64,000 nt of DNA from NCBI GenBank assembly GCA_965213625.1, contig CBDBZU010000004.1:2112001-2176000 (forward strand). The letters are read 5' to 3'. Both the position numbers and the translations under genes were made by a program. Below, piece by piece: positions 1-10,553 of this stretch; the first letter of the stretch is position 1, and each line of letters starts with the position of its first letter. Source of the DNA: a bacterium. GTDB taxonomy: Bacteria > UBA8248. The notes beneath the pieces are model-generated. The model ran no database searches and was not told the origin of the DNA. It was given only the letters and a program-made list of their open reading frames with translations.

Positions 1-111
1 AAGCACAAGGGGTATCCCACGCGGGATCATCTGGCTGCTCTGGAGAGGCAAGGCCCCTGCCGCATTCACCGGCGCACATTCCGGGGCGTGCCGGCCGTGG
101 CCGGAGCATGA
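1..111 (+). CDS. rnhB: Ribonuclease HII, C-terminal fragment (truncated by window start)
   Basis: Frame 1 reads [27 protein letters not shown]...*, the typical RNase HII C-terminus; followed by yraN, a common synteny. Confidence 0.9.
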   Translation, partial: KHKGYPTRDHLAALERQGPCRIHRRTFRGVPAVAGA

Positions 112-118
112 GGACGCC

Positions 119-478
119 ATGAGCCGCGAGAGCGGAAAAATCGGAGAGGACGTGGCCGTGAAATTCCTGCGTAGACGCGGCTATGAAATCATCGAGCGAA
201 ACTACCGTGGCTCACGCTATGAGGTGGATATCATCGCGCGCGAAGGCGGGGTTTTATCGTTCATTGAGGTGAAGACCCGCGCGCCGGGCAAGTCCCTGAG
301 CGGCGCCGAGTCAGTCAATCGCGAGAAACAGCGCAGGATCGCGCAGGCCGCGCAGCACTACCTCATGACGCATCCGCAGGAACGCTCATCCGTCTGCCGT
401 TTCGACGTGGTTTTGCTCGAAGGGATGCCCGGGAAAAAGCCCAAAGCGAAGGAGTTGCTCAAGAATGCGTTTCAGTAG
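119..478 (+). CDS. yraN: YraN/UPF0102 family putative endonuclease
   Basis: GEDVAVKFL..GYEIIERNYR..EVDIIA..FIEVKTR and RFDVV motifs. Confidence 0.9.
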   Translation: MSRESGKIGEDVAVKFLRRRGYEIIERNYRGSRYEVDIIAREGGVLSFIEVKTRAPGKSLSGAESVNREKQRRIAQAAQHYLMTHPQERSSVCRFDVVLLEGMPGKKPKAKELLKNAFQ

Positions 479-530
479 CGAATCTTTGCAGCTGTATCCG
501 TCCGGTAAGATAGCCGCCGCCTGATATCCG

Positions 531-1310
531 TCAAGGATTTCTCTCGGCGATTAGGCGCAGACCCAGGAGGGTCAACTCGGGGTTGATCAGGTCGAAAACC
601 CCTTCTTCTCCACCCAACGCCAGACTCTGGCCGCCCGTTGCGACGACTTTCGTATCGCTTCCGAGTTCTGTTTTCATGCAGTCGACGATTTCCCGGACAA
701 GGCCCCGGTACCCGTACGCGATGCCGGATTGGATGCTGTGCACCGTATTTTTCCCGATGACGGAAGGAGGAACGGCGGTTTCGACCCTGGGAAGCCGGGC
801 CGTTTTGTCGATGAGCGCCTCGAGCGCGATTCCCAGGCCGGGCGAAATGGCGCCGCCCAGGTATTCCCCCCCGGCGGATATCGCGTCGAATGTGATGGCC
901 GTTCCGAAATCGACGATCACCAATGGCCCGCCGTAGAGGTGGTGTCCGGCGACGGCGTTGACGATTCTGTCCGCTCCCACCTCGCGGGGATTGTCGTATT
1001 TTATGGAGATGCCCGTCCGTATCCCCGGACCGACGACTAGCGGTTTGACGCCGAAATAGCGTATGGCCATCTCCTCCAGGTTCGGCCCCAGAGGCGGAAC
1101 GACGCTCGCAATCACCACGCGGCCCACGTCCGACATCTGGTGTCGCCCGAGCCGGAACAAGCCTTCCATGAGAATGGCCAGTTCATCCGTCGTGCGGCGG
1201 GCCACGGAGCCGAGCCGCCAGTTCGACAGGAGTTCTTCCCCGTCGAAAAGTCCCACGACTGTCTGCGTGTTGCCCACGTCGATGGCCAGCAAATAGGAGC
1301 CTTGGTTCAT
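531..1310 (-). CDS. coaX: Type III pantothenate kinase
   Basis: AIDVGNT, GADR, VDFGTA and ATGG motifs. Confidence 0.95.
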   Translation of the reverse strand: MNQGSYLLAIDVGNTQTVVGLFDGEELLSNWRLGSVARRTTDELAILMEGLFRLGRHQMSDVGRVVIASVVPPLGPNLEEMAIRYFGVKPLVVGPGIRTGISIKYDNPREVGADRIVNAVAGHHLYGGPLVIVDFGTAITFDAISAGGEYLGGAISPGLGIALEALIDKTARLPRVETAVPPSVIGKNTVHSIQSGIAYGYRGLVREIVDCMKTELGSDTKVVATGGQSLALGGEEGVFDLINPELTLLGLRLIAERNP

Positions 1311-2074
1311 GGGAGTTCCACCTCACCGGAGGTTATTCTATCGATTGACCCATCGGGTTTTTCGAGTAGCAATCGGCCCGCCTCGTCAATCCCCTTATTT
1401 TTCCCGGATAGCGTCTCATCCGCAACGTGGACGGACACCTGCCCACCCAGATTGTCGCATAACCTGAGCCATTGCTCCCGGACGGCGCCGAAACCACTCG
1501 ATTCATAATTCTTGTACCAGAAAGCGATGCGCCCCAGAAGGAGATGGAGAAGTTGCTCCGCGTCGGGAACCTCTCCTCCCGAGAGAAAAACGGAGGATGC
1601 CGACTCGCGCAGTTCGGGAGGAAAGTCGGCTTCCCGCGTCGTGAGGTTGATGCCCAGGCCTGCGACGACGGCGGGGGGCTGGTTCGGAAAACTCATGTAT
1701 TCGCACAGGATTCCACCGATTTTTTTTCCATTCACCCTCAGGTCGTTCGGCCATTTGAGCCCGATGCGAAGGCCCGTCGCCTCCGCCAGTCCTTCTGCGG
1801 CGGCGACTCCCAAGATGAGCGTCAGGAGGGATGAAATTCCGGTTCCGCCGCTCGGGCGAAGCAGGGCGGAGAAATAGAGTCCGCTCCCCGGCGGTGAAAA
1901 CCAGGAGCGCCCCTCTCTTCCTCTTCCTTTTGTCTGGGATAACGCGCGTATCACGAGGCCGCCCGGCTCGCCTACTCTTGCGCGAGCCGAAACCAGATCG
2001 TTGGTGGAGCTTGTTTCGTCAACCGTTTCGACCCGCCAATTGAGAGTTTTCCCGTCGGCGCCGATAGGGTTCAT
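1307..2074 (-). CDS. birA: Biotin-[acetyl-CoA carboxylase] ligase without N-terminal HTH
   Basis: SSTND, QTKGRGR, LKWPNDL and KKIGGIL motifs. Confidence 0.93.
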   Translation of the reverse strand: MNPIGADGKTLNWRVETVDETSSTNDLVSARARVGEPGGLVIRALSQTKGRGREGRSWFSPPGSGLYFSALLRPSGGTGISSLLTLILGVAAAEGLAEATGLRIGLKWPNDLRVNGKKIGGILCEYMSFPNQPPAVVAGLGINLTTREADFPPELRESASSVFLSGGEVPDAEQLLHLLLGRIAFWYKNYESSGFGAVREQWLRLCDNLGGQVSVHVADETLSGKNKGIDEAGRLLLEKPDGSIDRITSGEVELP

Positions 2075-4696
2075 CTAGCTTTGAAACTCTGCGATACGCT
2101 CTGCGCTCTCACGGAGTTTTTCCGTGCGTTCCAGAGTTTCACGCAGGCGGTTTTTGTCCTTTTCCACGATCTCGGCGGGCGCGCGTTCGATGAACGAGGG
2201 ATTGGCGAGTTTTTTCTCGAGGCCCGCTATCGTATCGCTTGCGTCGGAGATTTGTTTGTGAAGGCGCTTCAATTCCTCTTCGACGTCGATGAGTCCGCCG
2301 ATGGGGACGAACGCCTGCCCATAGCCGAAAACGGTGTGGGCCGAAGCCTTGGGCCGCTCCACGTCGGGACCGATTTTCCAGTCGGGGGCAATCCTCGCCA
2401 GTCTTCTAATCCATTCGGATTCGCGCATGATGACGTCGAGCTTGCCTGGGTCGTGCACCTGAATGTGTGCGGCCATCTCCTTGTTGGGAGAGATGTTCAA
2501 CTCACCCCGTATATTTCTAATACCGCCGATCATGTCCATCAGGGCCTCGAATTCCGCCTCCGCCTTGGGGTCGTCCCATCCATCTTGGGCTTTCGGCCAT
2601 TCGGCCATCATGATGCTCTCCCCGCTGCGATTCGGAAGTTTTTGCCATATCTCCTCGGTGATGAAGGGGATTAATGGGTGCAGAAGGCGAAGCGTGCGCT
2701 CGAGCGCTTCGGCGAGCACGGCGCGGCTCGCGTCACCGCCCTCGCCTGAGGTGAGGGCGGGTTTGATGACCTCGAGATACCAGTCGCACAATTCATGCCA
2801 GGTGAAATGGTAGAGCGCCAGGGCGGCGTCGTTGAAGCGGTATTCCTCAAGCGCTTCGTCCACCTGGCGCGTCACGCCGTTCAAGCGGCTCAATATCCAT
2901 CTGTCCCCGAGGGAGAGTTCTTCTCTCGGCGGCATGGGCGGAACGCTATCACCCAGATTCATCAGGGTGAAGCGGGCCGCGTTCCAGATTTTGTTGCAGA
3001 AATTCCGGTATCCGGCGATTCGCTCGGTGGACAGGCGTATGTCGCGCCCCTGGGCGGCCATGGCGGTGAGGGTGAACCGCAGGGAATCCGTTCCGAATTC
3101 CTCGATGATCTCCAGGGGATCGATAATATTCCCGCGCGTCTTGCTCATCTTCTGTCCCTGTTCATCCCGTACGAGGGCGTGGATGTAGACGTCGCGGAAG
3201 GGGACGTCGTCCATGAACTTGAGCCCTGTCATGATCATCCTCGCCACCCAGAAGAAGATGATGTCGAAGCCGGTGACGAGGACGGACGTGGGGTAGAAAA
3301 ACTTAAGATCAGGGTTGTCGTCCGGCCACCCGAACGTCGAGAAGGGCCAGAGAGCGGAGCTGAACCAGGTGTCGAGCACGTCGGTCTCGCGTCTCAGGTT
3401 CGGATCGCCTGGGTCTTCGCGCGAAACGATGACTTCTCCGGTCTCGTCGTTGTACCACGCGGGAATCTGGTGGCCCCACCAGATCTGACGGCTGATGCAC
3501 CAGTCCCTGATGTTGTGCATCCACTCGAAATAGGTGGATTCCCACTGTTTGGGGATGATCCTGATGCGCCCGTCCTCGACGGCGCGTATCGATTCCTCCG
3601 CCAGCGGTTTCGCGCGCACGAACCATTGCTTCGAGAGATAAGGCTCCACCACGGTGCCGCAGCGGTAGCATCCACCGATGGCGTGACGATGAGCTTCCAC
3701 TCCTCTCGCCAGCCCCTGTGCTTCCATGTCGGCGACGATGCGCTTTCGTGCCTCGAACCTGTCCAGACCCTCGTAAGGACCTCCGTTTTCGTTGATCTTC
3801 GCGTCCGGCGTGAGGATGTTGACTTGCGGCAGGTCGTTTCTGAGGCCCGCCTCGAAATCGTTCGGGTCGTGCGCGGGTGTGACCTTCACCGCGCCGGAGC
3901 CGAAATCGGCGTCCACGAAAGAATCCGCGATGACGGGGATTTTCCTGTCCAGAAGCGGCAGGCGCAGATACTCGCCCACGAGGTCCTTGTATCTCTCATC
4001 GTCGGGGTGGACGGCCACGGCCGTGTCGCCGAGCATGGTCTCAGGGCGCGTCGTCGCGATGGTGACGCCGTCCCCGCCGCTCCAGAGCGGGTAGTGGAAA
4101 TTCCACAGGTGGCCGTCATGATCTTCGTGTTCGACTTCCAGGTCCGATACGGCCGTCTCGCACCTCGGACACCAGTTCACCAGGTAATTATCGCGGTAAA
4201 TCAATCCCTCTTCGTAGAGCCTCACGAAGGCTTCGCGCACGGCGCGGGAGAGCCCCTCGTCCATCGTGAACCGCTCGCGTTCCCAGTCGCACGAAGCGCC
4301 CAGGTGGTGAAGCTGGCGGATGATGGTTCCGCCGCTCTCGGCTTTCCACTTCCAGACGCGCTCGATGAATTTCTCCCGTCCCAGGGATTCGCGCGAGAGG
4401 TTCTCCTCGGCGAGTTGGCGTTCCACCACGTTCTGGGTGGCGATGCCCGCATGGTCGGTGCCGGGCATCCAGCAGACGCGCAGGCCGCTCATGCGCTTCC
4501 AGCGGATGAGGATGTCCTGAAGGGTATTGTTCAGGGCATGGCCCATGTGGAGCGAACCCGTCACGTTCGGGGGCGGGATGACGATGGAATAAGGTTCGTG
4601 GTTCTCGCTGGGCGCGCCGTGAAAATATCCGCGCTTCAGCCATTCGGCATACCAGCGATCTTCGGCCCCTTTCGGGTCGTAGCGTGGTTCCAGCAA
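2075..4696 (-). CDS. valS: Valine-tRNA ligase
   Basis: PPPNVTGSLHMGH (HIGH), KMSKT, DWCISRQIWWGH, C-terminal coiled coil. Confidence 0.98.
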   Translation of the reverse strand: MLEPRYDPKGAEDRWYAEWLKRGYFHGAPSENHEPYSIVIPPPNVTGSLHMGHALNNTLQDILIRWKRMSGLRVCWMPGTDHAGIATQNVVERQLAEENLSRESLGREKFIERVWKWKAESGGTIIRQLHHLGASCDWERERFTMDEGLSRAVREAFVRLYEEGLIYRDNYLVNWCPRCETAVSDLEVEHEDHDGHLWNFHYPLWSGGDGVTIATTRPETMLGDTAVAVHPDDERYKDLVGEYLRLPLLDRKIPVIADSFVDADFGSGAVKVTPAHDPNDFEAGLRNDLPQVNILTPDAKINENGGPYEGLDRFEARKRIVADMEAQGLARGVEAHRHAIGGCYRCGTVVEPYLSKQWFVRAKPLAEESIRAVEDGRIRIIPKQWESTYFEWMHNIRDWCISRQIWWGHQIPAWYNDETGEVIVSREDPGDPNLRRETDVLDTWFSSALWPFSTFGWPDDNPDLKFFYPTSVLVTGFDIIFFWVARMIMTGLKFMDDVPFRDVYIHALVRDEQGQKMSKTRGNIIDPLEIIEEFGTDSLRFTLTAMAAQGRDIRLSTERIAGYRNFCNKIWNAARFTLMNLGDSVPPMPPREELSLGDRWILSRLNGVTRQVDEALEEYRFNDAALALYHFTWHELCDWYLEVIKPALTSGEGGDASRAVLAEALERTLRLLHPLIPFITEEIWQKLPNRSGESIMMAEWPKAQDGWDDPKAEAEFEALMDMIGGIRNIRGELNISPNKEMAAHIQVHDPGKLDVIMRESEWIRRLARIAPDWKIGPDVERPKASAHTVFGYGQAFVPIGGLIDVEEELKRLHKQISDASDTIAGLEKKLANPSFIERAPAEIVEKDKNRLRETLERTEKLRESAERIAEFQS

Positions 4697-4699
4697 AAG

Positions 4700-5422
4700 T
4701 TATTCTCCGCGTTTGATTTTCTCGATTTCTCGAATGACGATTTTCTCTACGATATCTGGGAGTTGTTTTAAAACGGCATCCTCAATATGGCTGAGCAACG
4801 TAGGAGCAATCCTTTCAGCGGCCTCTTCCAGGTGTTTCTGGATGATGGGAGCGAGTGTTTCGCTATCGAGAGCGAGCGTGGCTTGAGAAGAGGAGAGTTG
4901 TTCACCTTCTTCGCCCGGAGCTACTTCTGACTCTTCGAGCGTTTCTTCCGGTTCCTCTATTACTTCTACTGAAGGGGAGGGCGATTCCTCTGTCCCGATT
5001 TCAGGGGAAGCGGGCTCCGCCTGCGCTTCAGGCTGTTCTGTTGATTCGCTACGCGCAGGAGCGATGATGCGCTCGACCGCCTCGGTAAACACCACCGGTT
5101 TGAACGGTTTTTCGATGATTGCTATTGCGCCCACTTCCCGGATTTCCTCGTCGCTGACGCTGTTGCGCGTGCTCGTTAAAACGAGGAGAGGTACCTGGGA
5201 TAAATCCGGCTGTTCGCGCAGGCGACGACAAAAGTCCAGGCCGTCGGAACCCTCCAGGTCCAGGCCGGCGACGACGACGTCAGGAGACGTATTCTCCGCG
5301 ATTTCAAGCGCTTCGTCGGCATTTTCCGCTATATGGATATCGACCCCTTTTTCCCTGAAAGCCAGTTCCACGACGCGCTGCACGAGAAGGCTTTCGTCAA
5401 GGAGCAGTAATTTGGTCGTCAT
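4700..5422 (-). CDS. Atypical response regulator: receiver + acidic Pro/Glu linker + PopZ/RomR-like C-terminal helix
   Basis: Likely start ATG 5422 (MTTKLLLLDES); receiver fold with KPF; E/P/S-rich linker; ends LPDIVEKIVIREIEKIKRGE. Confidence 0.75.
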   Translation of the reverse strand: MTTKLLLLDESLLVQRVVELAFREKGVDIHIAENADEALEIAENTSPDVVVAGLDLEGSDGLDFCRRLREQPDLSQVPLLVLTSTRNSVSDEEIREVGAIAIIEKPFKPVVFTEAVERIIAPARSESTEQPEAQAEPASPEIGTEESPSPSVEVIEEPEETLEESEVAPGEEGEQLSSSQATLALDSETLAPIIQKHLEEAAERIAPTLLSHIEDAVLKQLPDIVEKIVIREIEKIKRGE

Positions 5423-5578
5423 CTTTTCGGTCCTCGTCCGGGTGTTCGCTGGATGAGCCGAATGGAGGATAATAGCAAGGATTCTACGCTCAATAATTTC
5501 AAGAACTATAGCGCCTTCTTTCACCAGGCAACTGGTTGCCAATCATGCCACTACCTCGATTACAGGGTCAACCAGTCT

Positions 5579-6646
5579 CTATTTGCGCTGATAACGATTC
5601 ACGGCGCGGCGGTGTTCGCGGTACGTGTGGGAAAATCGATGGCCGCCGTTCTTGGTGGCCACGAAATACAGGTATTTCACCTTGGCGGGATTCAAGGCCG
5701 CTTTGATGGATTCCAGCCCCGGACTTGCGATGGGCCCCGGGGGAAGACCCCGGTAAAGGTAGGTGTTATATGGCGAATCGTATCGCAAATCTTTCTTTGT
5801 GATGTTTCCGTCGAAATGAGGCAGCCCGTAAATGACGGTGGGGTCGCTCTGAAGGCGCATTCTTCGCTTGAGCCGATTGATGAACACGGCGGCGATGAGT
5901 GGCCGCTCGCTGCTCAGTGAAGTTTCTTTTTCGATAATCGATGCCAGGGTGAGCGTCTGGTGGATGGTGAACCCCATCGTTTCCGCTTGTTTTCTGAGAG
6001 CGGGCGAGAATTTCCTACGCATCGTGCGAACCATGAACTCCAGGATTTTTTTCGTCGAAGCGCCCACCGGGAATTGATACGTGTCGGGGAACAGGTATCC
6101 CTCTATGGAAGTTGCGGATATTTTCAAATCCCGAAGAAAAGATGGCTCCTGGGAGAGTCTAAGAATTTCTTTCTCACTCGCGAGTTTGACGCGCTGGATC
6201 GTCCGGGCGATTTCCCGAACGTTGTACCCCTCGGGAATGGTGAACATGCGCCGGGCGACTCTGCCTTCTGATAAATGTCGGTATATCTCTCGTGGTGACA
6301 TGGACCCTTTCAGCGCATAGACGCCGGCTTGTATGCTTTTGGCGCCGCCTCTGAGTCTGGCCTGGAGGTGGAACAATCCGGGGTTTTGGATTAAACGGCT
6401 ATTCTCCAGCAATTCGAGTATTTGGGTGAAAGACATGCCCTGGCGGACATGGATGTGCTTCGTCTCGTTTGCCTGCGGGTTCGCAGGTCGATTGAATTCA
6501 TCGGCCAGATATTGATAGCCGATGAAAGTGGCCAGGATGATTGAGGAGAAAAGCGCGACGAGGATTTTCCCGAGCCGTCGTTTACTGGAGGGAGGTGTTG
6601 ATTCTGGAGCCTCGGGTTCTTCTGTGGTGTTTTCTTTTTCACTCAT
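5579..6646 (-). CDS. mltG: Endolytic transglycosylase MltG
   Basis: N-terminal TM; EGYLFPDTY, ASIIEKET, LQSDPT, YNTY..GLPPGPI. Confidence 0.96.
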   Translation of the reverse strand: MSEKENTTEEPEAPESTPPSSKRRLGKILVALFSSIILATFIGYQYLADEFNRPANPQANETKHIHVRQGMSFTQILELLENSRLIQNPGLFHLQARLRGGAKSIQAGVYALKGSMSPREIYRHLSEGRVARRMFTIPEGYNVREIARTIQRVKLASEKEILRLSQEPSFLRDLKISATSIEGYLFPDTYQFPVGASTKKILEFMVRTMRRKFSPALRKQAETMGFTIHQTLTLASIIEKETSLSSERPLIAAVFINRLKRRMRLQSDPTVIYGLPHFDGNITKKDLRYDSPYNTYLYRGLPPGPIASPGLESIKAALNPAKVKYLYFVATKNGGHRFSHTYREHRRAVNRYQRK

Positions 6647-7082
6647 GGGAAATCGGGCGTTTCGTTTTTTGGTGATCCAGATACGCCTGAAGGATGAGTT
6701 GCGCTGCGATGACGTCGCGCTTTTTTGTCTTCCGGCTTGGCTTGGTTTCCATCTCGTTCAAAATCCGGTCCGCCTGCGTCGTGCTGAGACGCTCGTCCCA
6801 TTTTTCGACGGGAATTTCCAAATTCTTCCGTAAATATTTTATGAGTCTTCTGGTGCGCTTCGCTCTTGCCGTATCCCGGTTCGACAGTCCTATAGGGTGT
6901 CCGACCACCAGCAGATGAACATCATGCTCACGTATGATGCCGCTCATCTCATTGAGCAATTGCTCATCACTTCGCCTTTCGATGAGGCCGAGAGGCTGGG
7001 AGGTCAGACCCAGCGAATCGCTGATGGCGAGACCTACCCGTTTTTCGCCGAAGTCCATTCCCAGGGTTCGGGGACGAATCAT
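6639..7082 (-). CDS. ruvX: Holliday junction resolvase-like / pre-16S nuclease RuvX (YqgF)
   Basis: GMDFGEKRVGLA, WDERLST, D..AA.LILQ.YL. Confidence 0.93.
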   Translation of the reverse strand: MIRPRTLGMDFGEKRVGLAISDSLGLTSQPLGLIERRSDEQLLNEMSGIIREHDVHLLVVGHPIGLSNRDTARAKRTRRLIKYLRKNLEIPVEKWDERLSTTQADRILNEMETKPSRKTKKRDVIAAQLILQAYLDHQKTKRPISHE

Positions 7083-8704
7083 TTTGAGGTTGTATTCGCC
7101 TTGGCTTCGCCGGGATAGAACATTTCGATCTGGAATCGTTCGAGTGTGGAATGCGTCGCCCTGTCCAATGCGGCGAGAGATTTGTGATAGTCGATGAGCG
7201 CCCGGGTTTCCTCCGTCAGTGCGTTGGCCAGCCGCTCCTGGTCTTCGAGAATGTTTCTGCTCGTCGAGAGGCCTACCTTGAATTTTTTCTCCTGGGCATC
7301 CAGGCGCTCTTCCGCCAGCCTTCTGGCGACTCGCGTCGCCTCGATTCTTTTTACGTTAACGCGGACCCTGCGCGCATTACGGCGGACTTCTTCCATGATG
7401 GTTTGCTGCTTCTGATGGTAGGAGGCTACCGTTTTGGCGTGCCTGAGTCGTGCTTGGCGGTAATCAGCCTTTGCACGCCGGTTACCGATGGGCATGCGGA
7501 ACACGAAACCGCCGGAGTAGGTGTATCTCTCGTTTTTGAACTGCTCTTCAAAGGCCTCGCCCTGGTCATCAGCCAGAGAATTGTTGGATGCAGATGCCTT
7601 CAGATTGACTTCGGGAAGCAGATTTCGCTTCGCTACTTTCATATCGATTTGTCTTTTGTCGATATCGATGCGGGCGTTTTCCAACGTCGCATGCTTGCGC
7701 AAGGCGTCGAGCGTTAGTTGCATCTCATCTACGTTAACGTTTCTGAATTTCGGTTTGTCCTTCGGTAGTATGCTGATGTTCCAGGATGAGGGTTTGTCCG
7801 CTACGTTAAGCAGCATTTTCAGGGCATCTTCTCTGTCCTTGACTTCGCGCTCCGCTACGAGAAGGTCCTCATCCCGGGAGGCGACGGTTGCCTCCGCCTC
7901 CGTTATCTCAATCGGGGCGAGTGTACCGACCTCGACCTGTATTTTGTTTCGGCGCAAGAGGTCCTTTGCAAGTTCGAGAGACTTTTGCCGGAACTGGAGA
8001 TTTTCTATGGAGAAGACGAGGTTCCAGTAGGCTTGTTGAACGGCGTCAACCGTGTCGATGACCCTGCTTCGGTAAGTATGTAGCGTTTGTTCCTTCGTGG
8101 CCATGGCGATCTTGATTCTGGCCTGGTTGATATCGATGCCGAAATTCTTGAGCAAAGGCTGCTCGATGGTGAAAGTGAGGCTGGTTTGATAACTCGGATC
8201 GAATACGTTTTGTGGAGAATTCGTCGATTCCCTGATGTTTCGCAGAAAGAGGGAATACTCGGCTCCTGTGATGAGCCTTTGGCGGATGCCGGCCGCGAAT
8301 CCCAGATTGTCAGTTTCCCGTATTCCCCCGGTCCTGTTGAATACACTGTTCGCCGAACCGAGCTTGGATTTTCTGATATCCGTCTCCGCAATGGCTTGGG
8401 GATCGAAGACGGAGCGTTCTCTGGTGACGTTGCTTTCCGCGATGTCGGGGTCGAACCCGGCGATGGTGATGTCGAAATTACGCGAGAGAGCTATGCTCAC
8501 GGCTTCTCGTATGGATAGCGCGAGGCGAGGGCCTTTTATGCTTGGCGGCGCCACGTTGGTGCGAGGACGTTCGAAAGAAGTTTCCCCAGATTTGGTGGAA
8601 CTTGCGGAGAAGGCTGCGCCCGCGAGGGAAAGCGAGGATGCAAAAATGAAAATCGAGAGCACACCAATACAGTGAGAAAACAATTTGGGCGGTCTCATGA
8701 ACAA
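7079..8704 (-). CDS. TolC family outer-membrane protein
   Basis: Signal peptide and two outer-membrane efflux repeats (LSIREAVSIALSRN; LLPEVNL). Confidence 0.88.
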   Translation of the reverse strand: MFMRPPKLFSHCIGVLSIFIFASSLSLAGAAFSASSTKSGETSFERPRTNVAPPSIKGPRLALSIREAVSIALSRNFDITIAGFDPDIAESNVTRERSVFDPQAIAETDIRKSKLGSANSVFNRTGGIRETDNLGFAAGIRQRLITGAEYSLFLRNIRESTNSPQNVFDPSYQTSLTFTIEQPLLKNFGIDINQARIKIAMATKEQTLHTYRSRVIDTVDAVQQAYWNLVFSIENLQFRQKSLELAKDLLRRNKIQVEVGTLAPIEITEAEATVASRDEDLLVAEREVKDREDALKMLLNVADKPSSWNISILPKDKPKFRNVNVDEMQLTLDALRKHATLENARIDIDKRQIDMKVAKRNLLPEVNLKASASNNSLADDQGEAFEEQFKNERYTYSGGFVFRMPIGNRRAKADYRQARLRHAKTVASYHQKQQTIMEEVRRNARRVRVNVKRIEATRVARRLAEERLDAQEKKFKVGLSTSRNILEDQERLANALTEETRALIDYHKSLAALDRATHSTLERFQIEMFYPGEAKANTTSK

Positions 8705-8997
8705 GCTTGCTCCATGTTACTGGCGACGTAGAACGTATGTCGCAATTAACGTGAATCTATACCTCATTATCGCTAGCCAGTTTTCCGACTTCTTGAGGAT
8801 ATACTACTCGTATCTCGGAGAAAAGGGAAATAAGCTTTTTCTTTTCTATCGATTACTCTTTGTAAATACGGGGGATAGAGCGTTGCCCTTTCTATTCTTG
8901 CGTAAGTGCGTGACGCTCTGCTAGAAAGATTTTCGTGAGAAACCATTGGTTCGTAGTTGCTTTTCGCAAGGCGCGATTTATTTGAGGTGAGCGAGCA

Positions 8998-9930
8998 GTG
9001 GAAGTTTTTGAGGGAGTAAACGCCTATGATCCTGAGGATTCTCCCTCGGTTTTAAGCATCGGGAATTTCGACGGCGTTCATCTCGCTCATAGAGTGATCT
9101 GCCGACTCATCAACGAAGAGGCCGCCCGGCTCGGCGGCCGGAGCGTCATCTTGACGTTCGAGCCGCACCCGCTCTCCGTGGTCGCCCCCGAAAGACGCCC
9201 CCCTCTGATGACGACTTTAGAAGAGAAGCTGGCCCGTCTGGAAGCCCAGAATGTCGACGTCGTGGTGGTTGAGAAATTCACGCCCCGTCTGGCGCAAACC
9301 GAGGCGAGGGATTTCGTGAAGCATATTATCGACGAGGGTCTCAAAGCCGCGTTGGTGGTGATCGGCTTCAACTTCCGATTCGGAAAAGGACGCGCGGGAA
9401 ACGTCGAGCTGTTGCAGCAAGTGGGGGCCGACGCCGGTTTCGAAACGCACGTGCTGGACCCATATATGTTCGAGGGAAGACGGGTAAGTAGCACGGAGAT
9501 ACGAAAGCTCTTACTGAGCGGTGCGGTGGAGGAGGCCGCAAGCTTGCTGGGGCAGCACCACCTCATAGAAGGAAAAGTCGTGCGCGGTGATGGACGGGGC
9601 CGGCAAATCGGCATACCGACGGCCAATGTGGACTATCCCCCTATCCTGATTCCCGAAAACGGGGTGTACGCCTGCCGGGTGCAGTTAGACGGGAGGGAAG
9701 GCGTGCGGCATCCAGCCGTGACGAACATCGGGAATCGTCCCACTTTCGATAAAAGGGAAATTACTCTCGAAACCCACCTGCTGGATTGGGAAGGGGATAT
9801 TTATGAAAAATCCATTCGAGTGGAATTCGTCTCCCGCTTGCGAGAGGAGAAAAAATTCTCAGGACCCGAAGAGCTCGTGCGGCAAATTCATTTGGATATC
9901 GAAAATGGGCGGAACAAGTTGAGCGTCTAG
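8998..9930 (+). CDS. ribF: Bifunctional riboflavin kinase/FAD synthetase
   Basis: IGNFDGVHLAH, SST.IR, GIPTAN, NIG.RPT, LETHLLD. Confidence 0.97.
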   Translation: MEVFEGVNAYDPEDSPSVLSIGNFDGVHLAHRVICRLINEEAARLGGRSVILTFEPHPLSVVAPERRPPLMTTLEEKLARLEAQNVDVVVVEKFTPRLAQTEARDFVKHIIDEGLKAALVVIGFNFRFGKGRAGNVELLQQVGADAGFETHVLDPYMFEGRRVSSTEIRKLLLSGAVEEAASLLGQHHLIEGKVVRGDGRGRQIGIPTANVDYPPILIPENGVYACRVQLDGREGVRHPAVTNIGNRPTFDKREITLETHLLDWEGDIYEKSIRVEFVSRLREEKKFSGPEELVRQIHLDIENGRNKLSV

Positions 9931-10553
9931 GCAAGAAAAGCCGCCAGGCCGTCGTAGATGAAGAAAACCCCGAATCCGAGCATCACCCACGCGCAGCCTT
10001 GTTCAATTCTCAACCATCCGGTTTCACCGATCATGCGGCTCCCCTGGTTCGATGACCATGAGATGAAAACGGCCCATATCCCATCCGCCAGCAGATGGAC
10101 GGTAATCATTCCCGCCAGTCCGGCCAACCACCCGAATTCGCTCGTTCGCGCGATGAGGCTCGCGCCGATTGTAAGCCACCACAAAATCCAATATGGGTTC
10201 AAGAGGGTGAGCAATACGCCGCCGGTGAGGGAGTTGCACTCAAGAACGCTTTTTTGCTCGGGCGCAGCGGATCGGAAACTCCTGAACACGCCGCTTCCCA
10301 GATAGATGAGGACGCCGCCGCCCAGCAATGAGACGCTCTCGCGGATTCCCTGGATTTCAATGAATGGCTGAAGCCCCGCGTAGAGGCCGATGATGAGCGG
10401 AACTTCGGCCAGAGCGTGGCCGAGCGTGACCCAGATTCCGGCCCACGGACTTTGCTTGCCGCGCGCGATAAGGAATGCGGTGAGTGGCCCCGGCGACATG
10501 ACGCCGCTTAGGGAAATGACGGTGATGAATCCGTAAAAGGCGAGCAGGTTCAT
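9927..10553 (-). CDS. LysE family translocator
   Basis: SPGP motif, LLNPY.ILWW, multiple TM helices. Confidence 0.88.
   Translation of the reverse strand: MNLLAFYGFITVISLSGVMSPGPLTAFLIARGKQSPWAGIWVTLGHALAEVPLIIGLYAGLQPFIEIQGIRESVSLLGGGVLIYLGSGVFRSFRSAAPEQKSVLECNSLTGGVLLTLLNPYWILWWLTIGASLIARTSEFGWLAGLAGMITVHLLADGIWAVFISWSSNQGSRMIGETGWLRIEQGCAWVMLGFGVFFIYDGLAAFLA

Noticed and set aside
2795-4771. Long antisense or alternative-frame ORFs (also 20734-22083, 23438-25027, 25031-26665, 26852-28537, 28735-30318, 47457-48914)
   Set aside because: Shadow frames of conserved high-GC genes with no recognisable motifs
8685-8924. 79-aa ORF in the AT-rich gap
   Set aside because: More likely the divergent promoter region for TolC and ribF; atypical composition
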